Assembly: GCF_963921235.1 (NCBI RefSeq)
Contig: NC_086097.1
Coordinates: 81,780,001 to 81,844,000, forward strand
From: Mobula hypostoma
Taxonomy: Eukaryota
Length of the DNA: 64,000 nt
Direction: 5' to 3'
Both the position numbers and the translations under genes were made by a program. This document shows, in pieces, positions 22,011 through 34,621 of the stretch. How positions within the stretch are numbered: the stretch's first letter is position 1; the number at the start of each line of letters is the position of its first letter. The notes beneath the pieces are model-generated. The model saw nothing but the letters and a program-made list of their open reading frames with translations, ran no database searches and was not told the origin of the DNA.

Positions 22011-24921
22011 CAAGATTCAAAGGTATATTTATTATTCGAGTACATACATATCACCCCATATAAACCTGAGATTCTTTTTCTGTGGGCATACTTAATAAAT
22101 CTATAGAACAAGAATTGTAAATAGGATCTGTAAACTGTAAATATCAGGAGCTGTAAACTGTAAACAAACTGTGCAAATGCGGATATAGATAAATAGCAAT
22201 AAATAATGAACATGAAATAACAATATAACAAGAGTCCTTAAATGTTTGTAGCCTTTTGTTCAAGAGCCTGATGGTTGAGGGGTAGTAACTGTTCCTGAAC
22301 CTGGTGGTGTGGGTCCTGAGGCTCTTGTACCTTCTACCTGATGGCAACAGCAGGAAAAGAGCATGGTCTGGGTGGTGAGGATCTTCGATGATGGTTTTAT
22401 GCGTGACATTTTGAGCTAAATCCACCACCTTTTGTAGGATTCTCCGCACAAAGGCATTGGTAATGGTGTTCTCATACCAGACCACAATGAAGCCAGTCAG
22501 CACACTTTCCACCACACGTTTGTAGAAGTTGGTCAGGTCTTTCAATGACATGCCGAACCTCCGCAGACCCCCGAGAAAGTAGAGGCGCTGTTGTGCTTTC
22601 TTTGCAGTAATAATTATATGATAGGTCCAGGACAGGTCATCTGAGATAGTGACACCCAGGAATTTAAAGTTACTGACCCTCTCCACCTCTGCTTTCCCTC
22701 TCCTGAAGTCTGTCATCATTTCCTTAGTCTTATTGACATTGAGTGAGAGTTGTTGTTATTACACCGCTCACCCAAGTCTTCAATCTCCCTCCTGTATGCT
22801 GATTCATTACCACCTGTGATACAGCCCACAGCAGTGGTGTCATCAGCAAACTTCTATATGATGTTGAAGCTGTACTGAGCCACACAGTCATAGGTGTAAA
22901 GTGAGTAGAGTAGGGGGCTAAGTACACATTCCTGTGGTGCTCCTGTGCTGATGGAGATTGCGGAGGAGATGTTTTGCCAATCTGACTTGACTGGGGCTAC
23001 AAGTGAGGAAATTCGGGATCGAAATTGCACAAAGAGGTATTGAGGGCCAGGTCCTGGAGTTTCTTAAATAGTTTTGAGGGGATAATGGCGTTAAATGCTG
23101 AGCTGTAATCGACAAAGAACATCCTGATGTATGCATCTCTGCTGTCCAGATGTTCCAAGGTTGTGTGAAGAGCCAACGAGATAGCATCTGCTGTAGACCT
23201 GTTGCTTCAGAAGGTGAATTGGAGCAGATCCAAGTCGCCACTCAGACAGGAGCTGATATGCTTCAACACCAGCCTCTCAAAACACTTCATCACCGTGGAT
23301 GCAAGTGCCACTGGGTGATGGTCACCATGACAGGTTACCACGCTTTTCTTGGGCACCAGTATGATTGAATCCTTCTTGAAGCAGGTGGGTACCACACACT
23401 ACCGGAGTGAGAGGTTGAAAATATCTGTCAATACACTAGCCAGTTGGTTGACACAGGTCTTCAGTACTTGGCTTGGTACACCGTCTAGACTAGATGCTTT
23501 CCTTGGATTCATTCTCTTGAAGGCAGCCCGCACATCTTCTTCAGATACTGAGACCAAAGGACCATTGGGAGACACGGGGGGTGAACGATGGTTCCTCCCC
23601 GACCTGGTGGTCAAAGTGAATGTAGAAGGCTTTGAGCTCATCTGGAAGCAAAGCTCTGCTGTCTCCTATATCACAAGATTTAGCTTTGTAAGAGCTTATG
23701 TTATTCAAACCCTGCTACAGCTGTTGAACATCTGTCATTGATTCCAGTCTAGACCAGAATCTCCATTCACCTGAGAGATGACTTTCCAGAGATCTTACCT
23801 GCACCTCTTGTAACATTCTTGATCTCCTGACTTGAATGCCTCTGATCTGGCTGTCGGTGGTTCTGACTTTCAGTGTTCATCCAGGGCTTCTGATTGGGGT
23901 AAACCTGAATGATTTTGCATGGATGTACTCATCCACAGCAGTTTTAATAAAGTCTGGTGTAGTCTCTCAGATCCTCAGATGAGTTCCTGAACACAGCTCA
24001 GTCCACTGACTCAGGGCAATCCTGTAACCGTTCCTCAGCCTCCCATGACCACCTCTTAATTGTCGAACTCTGGAACCTTGCTCTTCACACTCTGTCTGAA
24101 TGCAGGAAGCAGGATTACAGCGAATGATCCGACTTGCCAAAATGCAGTCTCAGGAAGGAACGATCGGCATTCCTTATCATAGTGTAGCAGCGATCTAGTG
24201 TCTTGGGGCCTCTGGTGACACAAGTTACGTGCTGGTGATGATTGGGCAAGGTTCTCTTCAAACAGGCCTGGTTAAGGTCGCCGACTATAATTTGAAATGT
24301 GTCGGGGTGGATCGTTTGTAGTTTACAGACAGCATCGTGCAGTTTTGTGAGTGCATGCTTACAATCGACTGCTGGTGGTCTATAACTGCGGTTAGGATCA
24401 TGGATGAGGACTCCTGAGGAAAATAGAATGGTCTACATTTAATCGTTAGTGTTCTAAGTCAGGGGAACAAGAAGTCAACATAACCCCAACTAAAAAGCAT
24501 ACGCTGTCACCCCTTTGGAGGTTCAATCCATTCTGAAAATCGTAAAACCTGGTTGGATAGCTGCGTCCGGCGTGTTTGCTGTTAACCAAGTCTCAATGCA
24601 ACAAACAATTGAGAACTGCCTCATCTGCCTCCGATACAGCAGCCTTGCCCTGAGATCGTCAGTCTTACTTTGCAGTGACTGTACATTCGCTAACAAGATG
24701 GCAGGCAGAGGAGGCCTCATCTCCCTGCACTTCAGCCTGGTTTGAATCCTGCCTCTCCTGCCGCATTTTCAGCCTTGGTCTTGGTGTTGACCCTTAAGGG
24801 CAACACGTTTAACTCTTTTGCATTTAACCAGATTGCCACGAAAGTAGTTCAGAAGGAGCAGATTTAAGAGGAATTTCTTGCAGCCTTCAGAGAGTCGCTG
24901 ATGTACGCTGGCACTATCTTG
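22011..24921 (-). mobile_element. Near full-length Rex1/Babar LINE (~2.9 kb): APE endonuclease and RT, many disruptions
   Basis: ORFs 24523-24720 (LPAILLANVQSL..IETWL), 23399-23641 (NPRKASSLDGV), 23207-23395 (PVALASTVMKCFERLV) and 22144-22719 (FKFLGV, AQQRLYFL). 5' head CAAGATAGTGCC, tail TTTGAATCTTG. Confidence 0.93.
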
Positions 24922-27900
24922 GATGACATTATAGCCATTTGGGAGACCTAGCTACAGGAGGGGCAGCACTGGCAGCCCAGTATTCTGCAGTTCCATTGTT
25001 CTAGATGCAACAGAGCAGGAGGGATTAAAGGAGGAGGTGTGGCGTTATTAGTCAGGGAAAATGACACGGCAGTGCTTAGTCAGGACAGACTGGAGAACTT
25101 GTCTAGTGAGGCATTATAAGTAGAACTGAAAAGTAAGAAATGTATGACTATGTTAATGGGGCTATATTACACACCACCCAATAGTCTGAGGGATTTAGAA
25201 GAACAGATTTGTAAAGAGATTACAGACTATTGCAAGAAACGGAAGGTTGCTATGGTAGGCGATTTTAACTTTACTCATATTGATGGGACTTCCATACTGT
25301 AAAAGGACTAGATTGGACAGAGTTTGTCAAATGTGTTCAGAAAAGTTTCCTTAATCAGTACATAGAAGTCCCAACGAGACAATCTGCTGTTATAGAATGA
25401 GACAGGCCAGGTGACAATGTGTAGGGGAAGAACACTTTGCATCTAGTGATCACAATGCCATTAGGTTCAAAGTAGATTTGCAAAAAGATAGGTCTGGTCT
25501 GCCGCGGGCTGAGATTCTAGTACTTGGTAAGTGGGAGGCCTTCAAAAATGGATGAAAGCAAGGCAGTGGATGTTGTCTACTTGGACTTTAGCAAGGGATT
25601 TGACAAGGTCCCACATGGGAGGTTGGTCAAGAAGGTTCAGTTACTCAGCATTCAAGATGAGGTAGTAAATTGGATTAGACATTGGCTTTGTGGGAGAAGC
25701 CAGAGAGTGGTGGTAGATAATTGCCTCAGTGACTGAAGGCCTGTGACTAGTGGAGTGCCACTTGTGGAGTGGACATGCTGGGTTGTTGTTGCTTGTCATC
25801 TATATCAATGATCTGGATGATAATATCATTAACTGGATTAGCAAATTTACGGTTGACACCAAGATTAGGGGTGTAGTGGACAGCGAGGAAGGCTATCATA
25901 GTTTGCAGCTGGATCTGGACCAGCTGGAAAAGTGGGCAGAAAAATGGCAGATGGAATTTAATGCAGACAAGTGCGAGCTGTTGCACTTTGGTAGGACCAA
26001 CCAGGGTAGATCTTACACAGTGAACAGTAGGGCACTGAGGAGTGTGGTAGAACAAAGGGATCTGGGAATACAGGTCTATAATTCATTGAAAGTGGTGTCA
26101 CAGGTAGTTATAATCATAAAGAAAGATCTTGGCACATTGAATCTTCATAAATCAAAGTACTGAGTTCAGGAGATGGCATGTTATGTTGAAGTTGTATAAG
26201 ACACTGGTGAGGCCGAATTTGGTGTATTGCATTTTGGTCACCTACCTCAAGAAGGATGTAAAGAAGGTTGAAAGAGTACAGAGAAAATTTACCAGGATGT
26301 TGCTAGGATTTGAGGACCTGAGTTAGCAGGAAATATTGAATAGATTAGAGCTTTGTTCCTTGGAACATAGAAAATTGAGGGAGATTTGAGGTATACACAA
26401 TTATGAGGGGTACAAGTAGTGTAAATGCAACCAGAATTTTTCCACTGAGGTTGGGTGAGACTACAACTAGAGGTCATGGGTTAAGGGTGAAATGTTTAAG
26501 GGGAACAGGAGGGGGAGCTTCTTTGCTCGGAGGGTGATGAGAGTTTGGAATGAGCTACTAGCACATTGATTTCAACATTTACGAGAAGTTTGGGTATATA
26601 CATGGATTGGGGAGGTATGGAGGGCTCAGGTCTGGCTGCGGATTGATGGGACTAGGCAGATTAATGACTTGGCACAGATTAGATGGACCGAAGGGCCTGT
26701 GTCTGTGCTGTAGTGTCCTATGAGTTTATGACTCTAATTTTACTTTCAGCTAATAAATCATTAAAACAACAATTTAAAAAATACATGAAAAAATAAATAA
26801 TTTCAGTAGAGCAACTTAATTTTCCCATTGTCTCCCAAACTTTTACCTTACAATCCCCAATGGATTCTTAAATCCAGTGCCAAGTCTGATTTAGTGAAAC
26901 TGACCAAGGCTGAGTCCACAGGCACGGCAAACAGACAAGCTCTTTCAGTGTTTCAATAATTTATCAGCATCAGCTGTTGTCAGCAAAGCCGGGGCGTCCA
27001 GAACATGCAGCACTTTTAAAGACTAATCTCTGGTGGTTCTTACATTAACCACCTACAATCCTCAACACAATCTGTCCCAGACATTTGTTGTGGCCCCTCC
27101 CCTGCTGCTCATATTGGGGGAAGGGCACAAACCATTCTAAAATCACTGTATATTTGAATTACAAATGTACTATAGGAAATATTTTGATGTACACTTCAGA
27201 TTGAACATACATACCATGGACAGTTGGAACTATATGTGGGAGATGAATATAGATCCAATTATTTCCGGATTTCTGGAGAAATATTAATCCAGCACTTAAC
27301 GTTCTTAATACATTAAATAATAATCAAAAAATGGCATATGCTGAAATAAAAACTGAAAATGTTGGAAAACCTAATCGAAGGTCTTTGATCAGAAATGTCA
27401 GCTGTTTTTCTGTTCACTGTTGAGAGCTTCCAGCACTTTTGCTTTTTTCCACTTTGAATTCAGACTGTGTTTACTTTGTAGTTACACTAGTTTCTCAGAC
27501 CTTCCAGGGAGGTCGTTCTTCAACAAGGTTAATGGATGTGAGGCCAGTGGTCTGTGGCAATTAACAATGTGAGCACTTCTTCATCCCAGATCGGAGGATT
27601 ATGTCACAACATAGGTGGCCTGCGAGTGAAATGTTTGGTATTGCTACATAATTTGGATGGCTGTCATTGGCAACTATCACTAGTGAATCTAAACGAAATA
27701 CCTGGTATCCTGCACAATTAGTGCCACAAAGCTCACTCTTCTCCACTCCAAATTAAAATGGCCAGTGTGGCAATTCAGCTTCTGCCATCATTGCCTTTCA
27801 AGAAAATTTAACACAACACAGACTCCTTAAAAGCTGCTTGGCACAGAAGCATCCTTATTTGCACACAGAATTGTTCAGCTGTAAAGTGAGATAAGAAGCA

Positions 27901-28549
27901 ATTTAAACAAGGCTAAGTTTGGGAAAGGAACTGAGCAATGTGTCACATTATAAGTAAGGCGACATAAAAGTAATTAAAAATAAAAGAAACAAAAACTTAA
28001 CCTTTACAACCCAGGGATTCAACCTGCTTTCATCTTGTCATTTTTTTTTGTTTGAAGGTTTAAGCAGAGGAGGAAATTCCATTTGACTTCATCTCTGTCT
28101 AGTTGCAGTGACACCCAATTACCTTCTTTTGACCTTTGACATGATTTGGAGTCTGTGCTTCAGAATCAGATTTATTATCACTGTCTTATGTGATGTGAAA
28201 TTTATTGCTCTGTGTCAGCAATACAGTGTAAAGACATAAAGCCATAAAGTGCTTTTTGAATCCATAGCACAAAGAGTATCTACCAGCCTTCCCCCACCCT
28301 CCCGTTCAGAAGTGCCCTCTGACAATGAAGACCATGGAAAATGGGAGTCACTTCTCAGCAAAGACAAACTTCATTGATGATATTCACCATTGCCTCTCAT
28401 GTGCCAACGCAGCCTCTGATCAATGGAGAAAAGGGCATATGAAGATCATGGCCTCGTCATGACAAAAAGCCGTGGACTGTGACGACTCAAAACGTGGAAG
28501 GAGAACTCAGAATGATATTGAAGGTGCTCTCTTGGATCATCATTATTGG

Positions 28550-28790
28550 TTGATTAGGACAACATGGACTCTTGAACTCAAAATCTGTCTCATTTTATCA
28601 TGCACCTTATTGTATATCCTTGCTGCACTTTCTCTGTAGTTGTTACATTTTATTCTGCATTTTCTTATTGTTTTACTTTGTTCTCCCTCAGTGCACTATG
28701 TAATAATTTGATTTGTATGAACTCTATACAAGACAAGTTTTTTACTGTAATTTGGTATAAGTGACCATAATAAATAATTCCAGTTCAAAT
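28550..28790 (+). mobile_element. Degenerate Rex/Babar-type 3' UTR
   Basis: CTGCACTTTCTCTGTAG...TTTTACTGTA..TTGGTA..AGTGAC.ATAATAAA tail architecture. Confidence 0.55.
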
Positions 28791-28959
28791 GTCTTTTGCT
28801 GTATAACCAATAACATTGATAGACGGGTAAAGACCCGGCAGCTCTGCTGCCCTGCTCTCAGCACATCCTTGCTCTGTTGAGGACCTTTGCTAGCTGGTGA
28901 AGCCAGTTAGTACCTTCTCTATTTCTCCTAAGAAATTAGTCATTGATTTTAAACATGAA

Positions 28960-30190
28960 AGGTGCCAACCCCTTCTCACAATTCCTCTGTTTCCGCTGCA
29001 TCTGCCCTCAGGATGAAGCTTTTCATTCCAAACTAAGGAGATGTCCTCCTTCTTCAAGGAAAGGGGCTTCCCTTTCTCTACCATCCACAGAGCCTGCAAC
29101 TGCCCCTCTTCCACCTGGCGCTTGTCTGCCCTCACCCTATCCTCCCACCACCCCGCCAGAGATAGGGTTCCTCTTGTTCTCACCTGTCAACCCACCAGCC
29201 TTCGTGTCCAGCACATAGTTTTCCGTAACTTCCACCACGTCCAAAGGAATCCAACCACAAAACCCATCTTTCTCTCACCACCATTATCTGCTTTCCGGAG
29301 GTATCGCTCACTATGTGACACCCTTGTCCACTCAACCCTCCCCACTGATCTTCCTCCTGGCACTTATCCTTGCAAGCAGAACAAGTGTTACGCCTGCCCC
29401 TACACCTCCTCCCTCACTACCAAATAGGGCCCCAAACAGTCCTTCCAGGTGAGGCAACACTTCACCTTTGAGTCTGTTGGGGTTATCTACTGAATCGTAT
29501 CTTCTTGGTGTGGCCTCCTGTATATTGGTAAGACCCGATGTAGATTGGGAGACCACCGCCGATCACCTACATTCCATCCACCAGAAAAAAACAGGATCTC
29601 TCAGTGGCCACCCATTTTAATTTCACTTCCTATTCCCATTCCAACGTGCCAGTCCATGGCCTCCTCTACTGTTGTGATGAGGTCACACTCAGGCTGGAGG
29701 AGCAACACCTCATATTCTGATCGGTAGCCTCCAACCTGATGGCTTGAAAATCGATTTCTCAAAATTCCAATAATGCTCCCCCCTCAACATTCCCCATCCC
29801 CCTTTCCCTCTTTCACCTTATCTCCTCACCTGCCTATTACTTCCCTTTGGTTCACATGTCCCTTCCCTTTCTTCCATGGCCTTCTGTTCTCTCCTGTCAA
29901 ATTCCCCCTTCTCCAGCCCTTTATCTCTTTCACCAATTGAATTCCCAGCTCTTTACTTCACCTCTCCCTCTCTCCTCCGGTTTCACCTATCACCTTGTGT
30001 TTCATCCTCCCCTCCCTCCACGTTTTTTACTCTGACTCCTCATCTTTTTTTTCCAGTCCTGGTGAAGGGTCTTGTCCCGAAATGTTGACTATTTACTCTT
30101 CTCCATAGATGTTACCTGGCCTACTGAGTTCCTCCAGCATTTTGTGTGTATTGCTTGGATTTCCAGCATCTGCAGATTTTCTCTTATTTC
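28960..30190 (+). mobile_element. Penelope-like element 3' portion (RT thumb, Cys linker, GIY-YIG, tail with degenerate hammerhead at 30054-30090)
   Basis: ORF 29041-29427 (MSSFFKERGFP, RVPLVLT, GTYPCKQNKCYAC). Collinear with 17700-18908. Confidence 0.93.
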
Positions 30191-30884
30191 TGTTGAATAA
30201 GAAAATTCATTCGTGAGCTGAAGTGAGTTCCAGATCAAAGCAGAAATATTGTATCACTATTAATAAAGAGAGTCTGCATGAGAAGCTGAAAAGTCTGAAG
30301 AAGATAAGTTATCTGGACCAAATGGACTATACCCACAGATTTTGAAAGAGGAAGAGATTGTGAAGGCATTAGTATGAGTCTTTCAAGAATCTCTAGATTC
30401 TGGAATGTTTCCAGAGGACAGGAAAATCACAAGTGTAACTCTACTCTTTTAAAAGAGAGGGAGGCAGAAGAGAGGAAATATTGAAAAGTTACCCTGACTT
30501 CGGTGGTTGGCAAGATGTTACAGTCCATTATTAAGAACGAGGCTTTAGGCTGCTTGGAGGCGCAGAACAAAACAGATCGGTCAGCAAGGTTTCTTAAAGG
30601 GGAAATCCTACCTGACAGATCTGTTGGAGTTCTTTGAGCAGGATTGACAAAGGAGAGTCAGTGGATGTTCTTTACATGGATCTTTGAAAGCTGTTTGACA
30701 TGGTGCCACACATGGAGCAGCTAAACAAGATGAGAGCCCATGATATTACAGTAAATATGTCGTATTGGCTGACTGACAGGAGGCAAGTAGTGGAATAAAG
30801 GAGACGTTTTCTAGTTGGCTGTCGGTGAGTAATAGTGTTTCACAGGGGTTAGTGTAGGGTCCACTACTTTTCACGTTGTACGTT

Positions 30885-32533
30885 TGAAACATTCTGGTTC
30901 CATCGGCTGCGTAAGTCTAGGAAAGACAAGCCCCCCAAATCCCCATTTGTGTGGATGCTGCATGATTCATCACCCTGTTACAAATAAGTACCACAAATTA
31001 ACAGACGGTACACCGCATACAATTAAACAATTTAGCTTTATAATTTTAATTTGACTAAAGGATTAGTAAAGAAAAAGCAAAAAAAGAAAAGGACCCATTT
31101 TAAATAAAACAGTTTAATGTGCATAAGTTGGAGCTCACAGTTTCCCCTTCCCAGATCCTTCTTCGATCTCCCTGGGCTTCGTTGCATCATGGCCCCACTC
31201 TGGGTCGAGCCCTATGACCTTCTCTCTCTGGCATCTTCTCTCTTCACCTTCTAGGCTTATTCAGAAAGTCAGAAGGCATGGGATCCAGGGAAGTTTGGCC
31301 AGGTGGATTCAGAATTGGCTTGCCTGCAGAAGACAGAGGGTCGTGGTGGAGGGAGTACATTCAGATTGGAGGATTGTGACTAGTGTTGTCCCACAAGGAT
31401 CTGTTCTGGGACCTCTACTTTTTGTGATTTTTATTAACGACCTGGATGTGGGGGTAGAAGGGTGGGTTGGCAAGTTTGCAGACGACACAAAGGTTGGTGG
31501 TGTTGTAGATAGTGTAGAGGATTGTCGAAGATTGCAGAGAGACATTGATAGGATGCAGAAGTGGGCTGAGAAGTTGCAGATGGAGTTTAACCCAGAGAAG
31601 TGTGAGGTGGTACACTTTGGAAGGACAAACTCCAAGGCAGAGTACAAAGTAAATGGCAGGATACTTGGTAGTGTGGAGGAGCAGAGGGATCTCGGGGTAC
31701 ATGTCTGCAGATCCCTGAAAGTTGCCTCACAGGTGGATAGGGTAGTTAAGAAAGCTTATGGGGTGTTAGCTTTCATAAGTCAAGGGATAGAGTTTAAGAG
31801 TCGTGATATAATGATGCAGCTCTATAAAACTCTGGTTAGGCCACACTTGGAGTACTGTGTCCAATTCTGGTCGCCTCCCTATAGGAAGCATTGGAAAGGG
31901 TACAGAGGAGATTTACCAGGATGCTGCCTGGTTTAGTGAGTATGCATTATGATCAGAGATTAAGGGAGCTAGGGCTTTACTCTTTGGAGAGAAGGAGGAT
32001 GAGAGGAGACATGATAGAAGTGTACAAGATAATAAGAGGAATAGATAGAGTGGATAGCCAGTGCCTCTCCCTCAGGGCACCACTGCTCAATACAAGAGGA
32101 CATGGCTTTAAGTTAAGGGGTGGGAAGTTCAAGGGGGATATTAGAGGAAGGTTTTTTACTCAGAGAGTGCGTGGAAAGAGCTGCCTGAGTCAGTGGTGGA
32201 GGCAGATACACTAGTGAAGTTTAAAAGACTACTAGACAGATATATGGAGGATTTTAAAGTTGGGGGTTATGTGGGATGCAGGGTTTGAGGGTTGGCACAA
32301 CATTGTGGGCCGAAGGGCCTGTAATGTGCTGTAATATTCTATATGTTCTATGTTCATCTCCCACCAAACAGAAACCCAGCCCATGCCGGTGTCAGGCACA
32401 GAGCACGAAAAGCACACTCCCTACATTGGACAGTTCACATTCCAAAGCACCCGTTACCTCTAACCATAACCCAAACACTGCTGCTACAGAAAGACCATTA
32501 TGTTACCAGTGAAATCTTTCCCAAGGTGTTACA
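30885..32533. mobile_element. Solo LTR (family A), interrupted by a younger CR1
   Basis: TGAAAC...TTACA termini, TSD CGTT/TGTT (30881-30884, 32534-32537). Homologous to 14896-15438 and 56083-56731. Confidence 0.88.
31247..32352 (+). mobile_element. Young 5'-truncated CR1 LINE (RT C-terminal half, 3' UTR, (TTCTATG)n tail)
   Basis: ORF 31214-31936 has VPQGSVLGPLLFVIFINDLD, KFADDTK and YKTLVRPHLEYCVQFWSP, continued by ORF 31891-32214 after one frameshift. Flanked by TTCA. Confidence 0.96.
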
Positions 32534-33122
32534 TGTTAATGATCTAGATGTTAAAATTAAAGACTTTGTGGCTACGTCTGTGGATGATATAATGATACGT
32601 GAAGAGGCAGGTAATGTTGTTGAAGCAGGGAGTTTGCCGAAGGGCTTGGACAGATTCGGAATATGAGCAATGAGTGGCAGATAGAATACAGTGTAGGAAA
32701 ATATATGGTTATATACTTCCGTTGAAAGAACAAAGGGATAGATTGCTTTCTAAACATGGAATAAATAGAGGAGCATTTGATAGCTCTTGGTCTGTACTCA
32801 CTAGAGTTTAGCAGAATGAGGGGAGATCTCATGGAAGTCTATCAAATATTGAAAGGACTAGATAGAGCGGACCTACAGAGAATATTTCTAATAGCAGAAA
32901 AGTCTAGAATCAGGGAGCACAGTCTCAGAATAGATGGATGTCCATTTGGAACAGAGGTAAGGAGGAATTTCTTTTAGCGAATCTGTGGAATTCATTGGCA
33001 CAGATGGCTATGTAAACCAAGATGTCGGGTATATTCAGAGTGGAGGTTGATTGGTGCTCAATTAGAAAGGGCTGCAAAGGTTATGGAGAGAAGGCAGGAG
33101 AATAGGGTTGAGAGGGAAAATG

Positions 33123-33636
33123 CACTCAGTGACCATTTTGTTAGGTAGAGTGGGGGAGCCCAATGTGGTCTTCACTACTGTAGTCCATCCATTCAGAGAT
33201 GCTCTTCTGCACACCGCTGCTGGTTATTAACATGGTTATTTTGAGTTACTGTTGACCTCCTGGCAGCTTGAACCAGTGTGGCCATTCTCTCCTAACCTTT
33301 CCCATTAACAAGGCATTTTCACCCACAGAACTGCTGCCTGCTGGATTTTTTTTGCATCATTCTATGAAAACTCCAGAGACTGTTGTGTGCAAAAATCTCA
33401 GCAAATCAGCAGTTTCTGAGATACTGAAGGCAGCCTGGGTATCAACAATCATTCGACAGTCAAAGTCGCTTTGATCATATTTCTTCCCCATTCTGATGCT
33501 TGGTCTGACAACAAATGAACCTTCTGACCATGTCTACATGCTTTTATGCATTGAGTTGATACCACATGATTGGCTGATTAGATATCTACATTAATGCACA
33601 GGTGTACAGGCGTACCTATTAACTATGACTCGCTTA
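33123..33636. mobile_element. Tc1/mariner-derived MITE, degenerate
   Basis: Left end CACTCAGTGACCATTTTGTTAGGTA, degenerate inverted right end TACCTATTAACTATGACT. Interior resembles Tc1 subterminal sequence. Confidence 0.65.
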
Positions 33637-33934
33637 AGGGGTTGAAGCAGTGGCACTTCTCCTTCCTGAATCACATTCTGAGCTGCTTATTTGTAACTAT
33701 CGAGCTCTTCCCATTTCTGATTCATAGCAAGTCATGTCTCCTTGCTGGCCCTGCCGGATATCCACTCACCACCCTGTGTGGTAACCAAGGTGACATCATC
33801 TAAATGAAATGGGTACAGGTGTTGAGGTGACACCCTAGTAGCGGTACATATAGATGCAATGGGTGAAAATACATAAAATGCTCCTATAATGGTGTTTGAA
33901 TGTATAAAAATGTGCCCCAGTTCTAATGTATATT

Positions 33935-34110
33935 GGGCCTGCAGGTGGTGTAGTGGCATCAGCACTGGACTTCGAGCCGAATGGTCCTGGGTTCGAATCC
34001 ATCCAAGTCCCAACCTGGCAGCATCTGCAAGGAAGGAAGGCCTAGCAACCTTCTTCTGTATCTTGCCATGAAAACCTTATGGACAACTAAGCTATCCATG
34101 AGTCAACATG
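33935..34110 (+). mobile_element. tRNA-derived SINE
   Basis: A-box-like TGGTGTAGTGG and B-box GGTTCGAATCC. Head shared with 48313-48576. Confidence 0.7.
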
Positions 34111-34621
34111 GTATGTAAATAGTTATATGTTCCAATGAAGTGGGTGGATGGATGGCTGTGGATCACAAGATGAGCAGGTGGAAAGCCAGACTATACTCAG
34201 GGGTTCCAAGTCGGATCAAGATCCTGGCGGTCACCAAGGAATTAGCTTCGACTCTTCTGTGCACCGATCATGAACAGAATCCTGGACTTCACACTGAAAG
34301 GGGTGACTGCTAAGAGTTTGATCCACAGTTGAGAGGAAAGAACAAAGTTGAGGCTCCATTGTCAAGAATGGCAAGTGAGGGTTGGAGGTCACAGTCACCT
34401 CAGAGGCAATGTCGAGGTACCATCTTCTGGTGAATTCTGTCAATGTGGAGGATCCATTGTCCAGCGATTGCAGGCCGTGAACACAGACTGTGTGGACTGT
34501 GTCACTGCTCCAGAGGTCCAGGTGTGGAGATGGTGCCACACTGGGGGGGTGCTACCCATCGTGCGGGTGGAGAGTATGAAAGAGACCCGCCCTCTGTAGT
34601 CGGGCATAATGGGCACCTGGG

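Larger units (their letters stand above)
19804..26735 (+). mobile_element. CR1 LINE (ORF1 end, APE endonuclease, internal deletion, RT, 3' UTR) carrying four nested insertions
   Basis: Host segments 19804-20000, 20748-20775, 21502-21542, 21920-22010 and 24922-26735 read through as CVYFNARSIVGK...DIIAI.ET.L...GGGVALLV...GDFN. RT ORFs at 25524 and 25750. Confidence 0.9.
30264..33120 (+). mobile_element. Old CR1 RT fragment (30264-30884 plus 32538-33120) split by a solo LTR
   Basis: Removing the LTR and one TSD copy gives PLLFTLYVNDLDVKIKDFVATSVDD. Confidence 0.9.

Noticed and set aside
27350..27450. Very old PLE-tail-like sequence with possible hammerhead
   Set aside because: Core (CTAATCGAAG..AGAAATGTC) is too degenerate to call.
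18117..29493. TGA codons at PLE cysteine positions (18117-18119, 29491-29493), suggesting selenocysteine as reported for some Naiad PLEs
   Set aside because: Each position is a normal Cys codon in the other copies, both elements have other disabling mutations, and I see no SECIS.
33935..34010. tRNA-like A/B boxes as a tRNA gene (also 48313-48385)
   Set aside because: I could not fold a complete cloverleaf. The head continues into a SINE body, and the second copy has a TSD.
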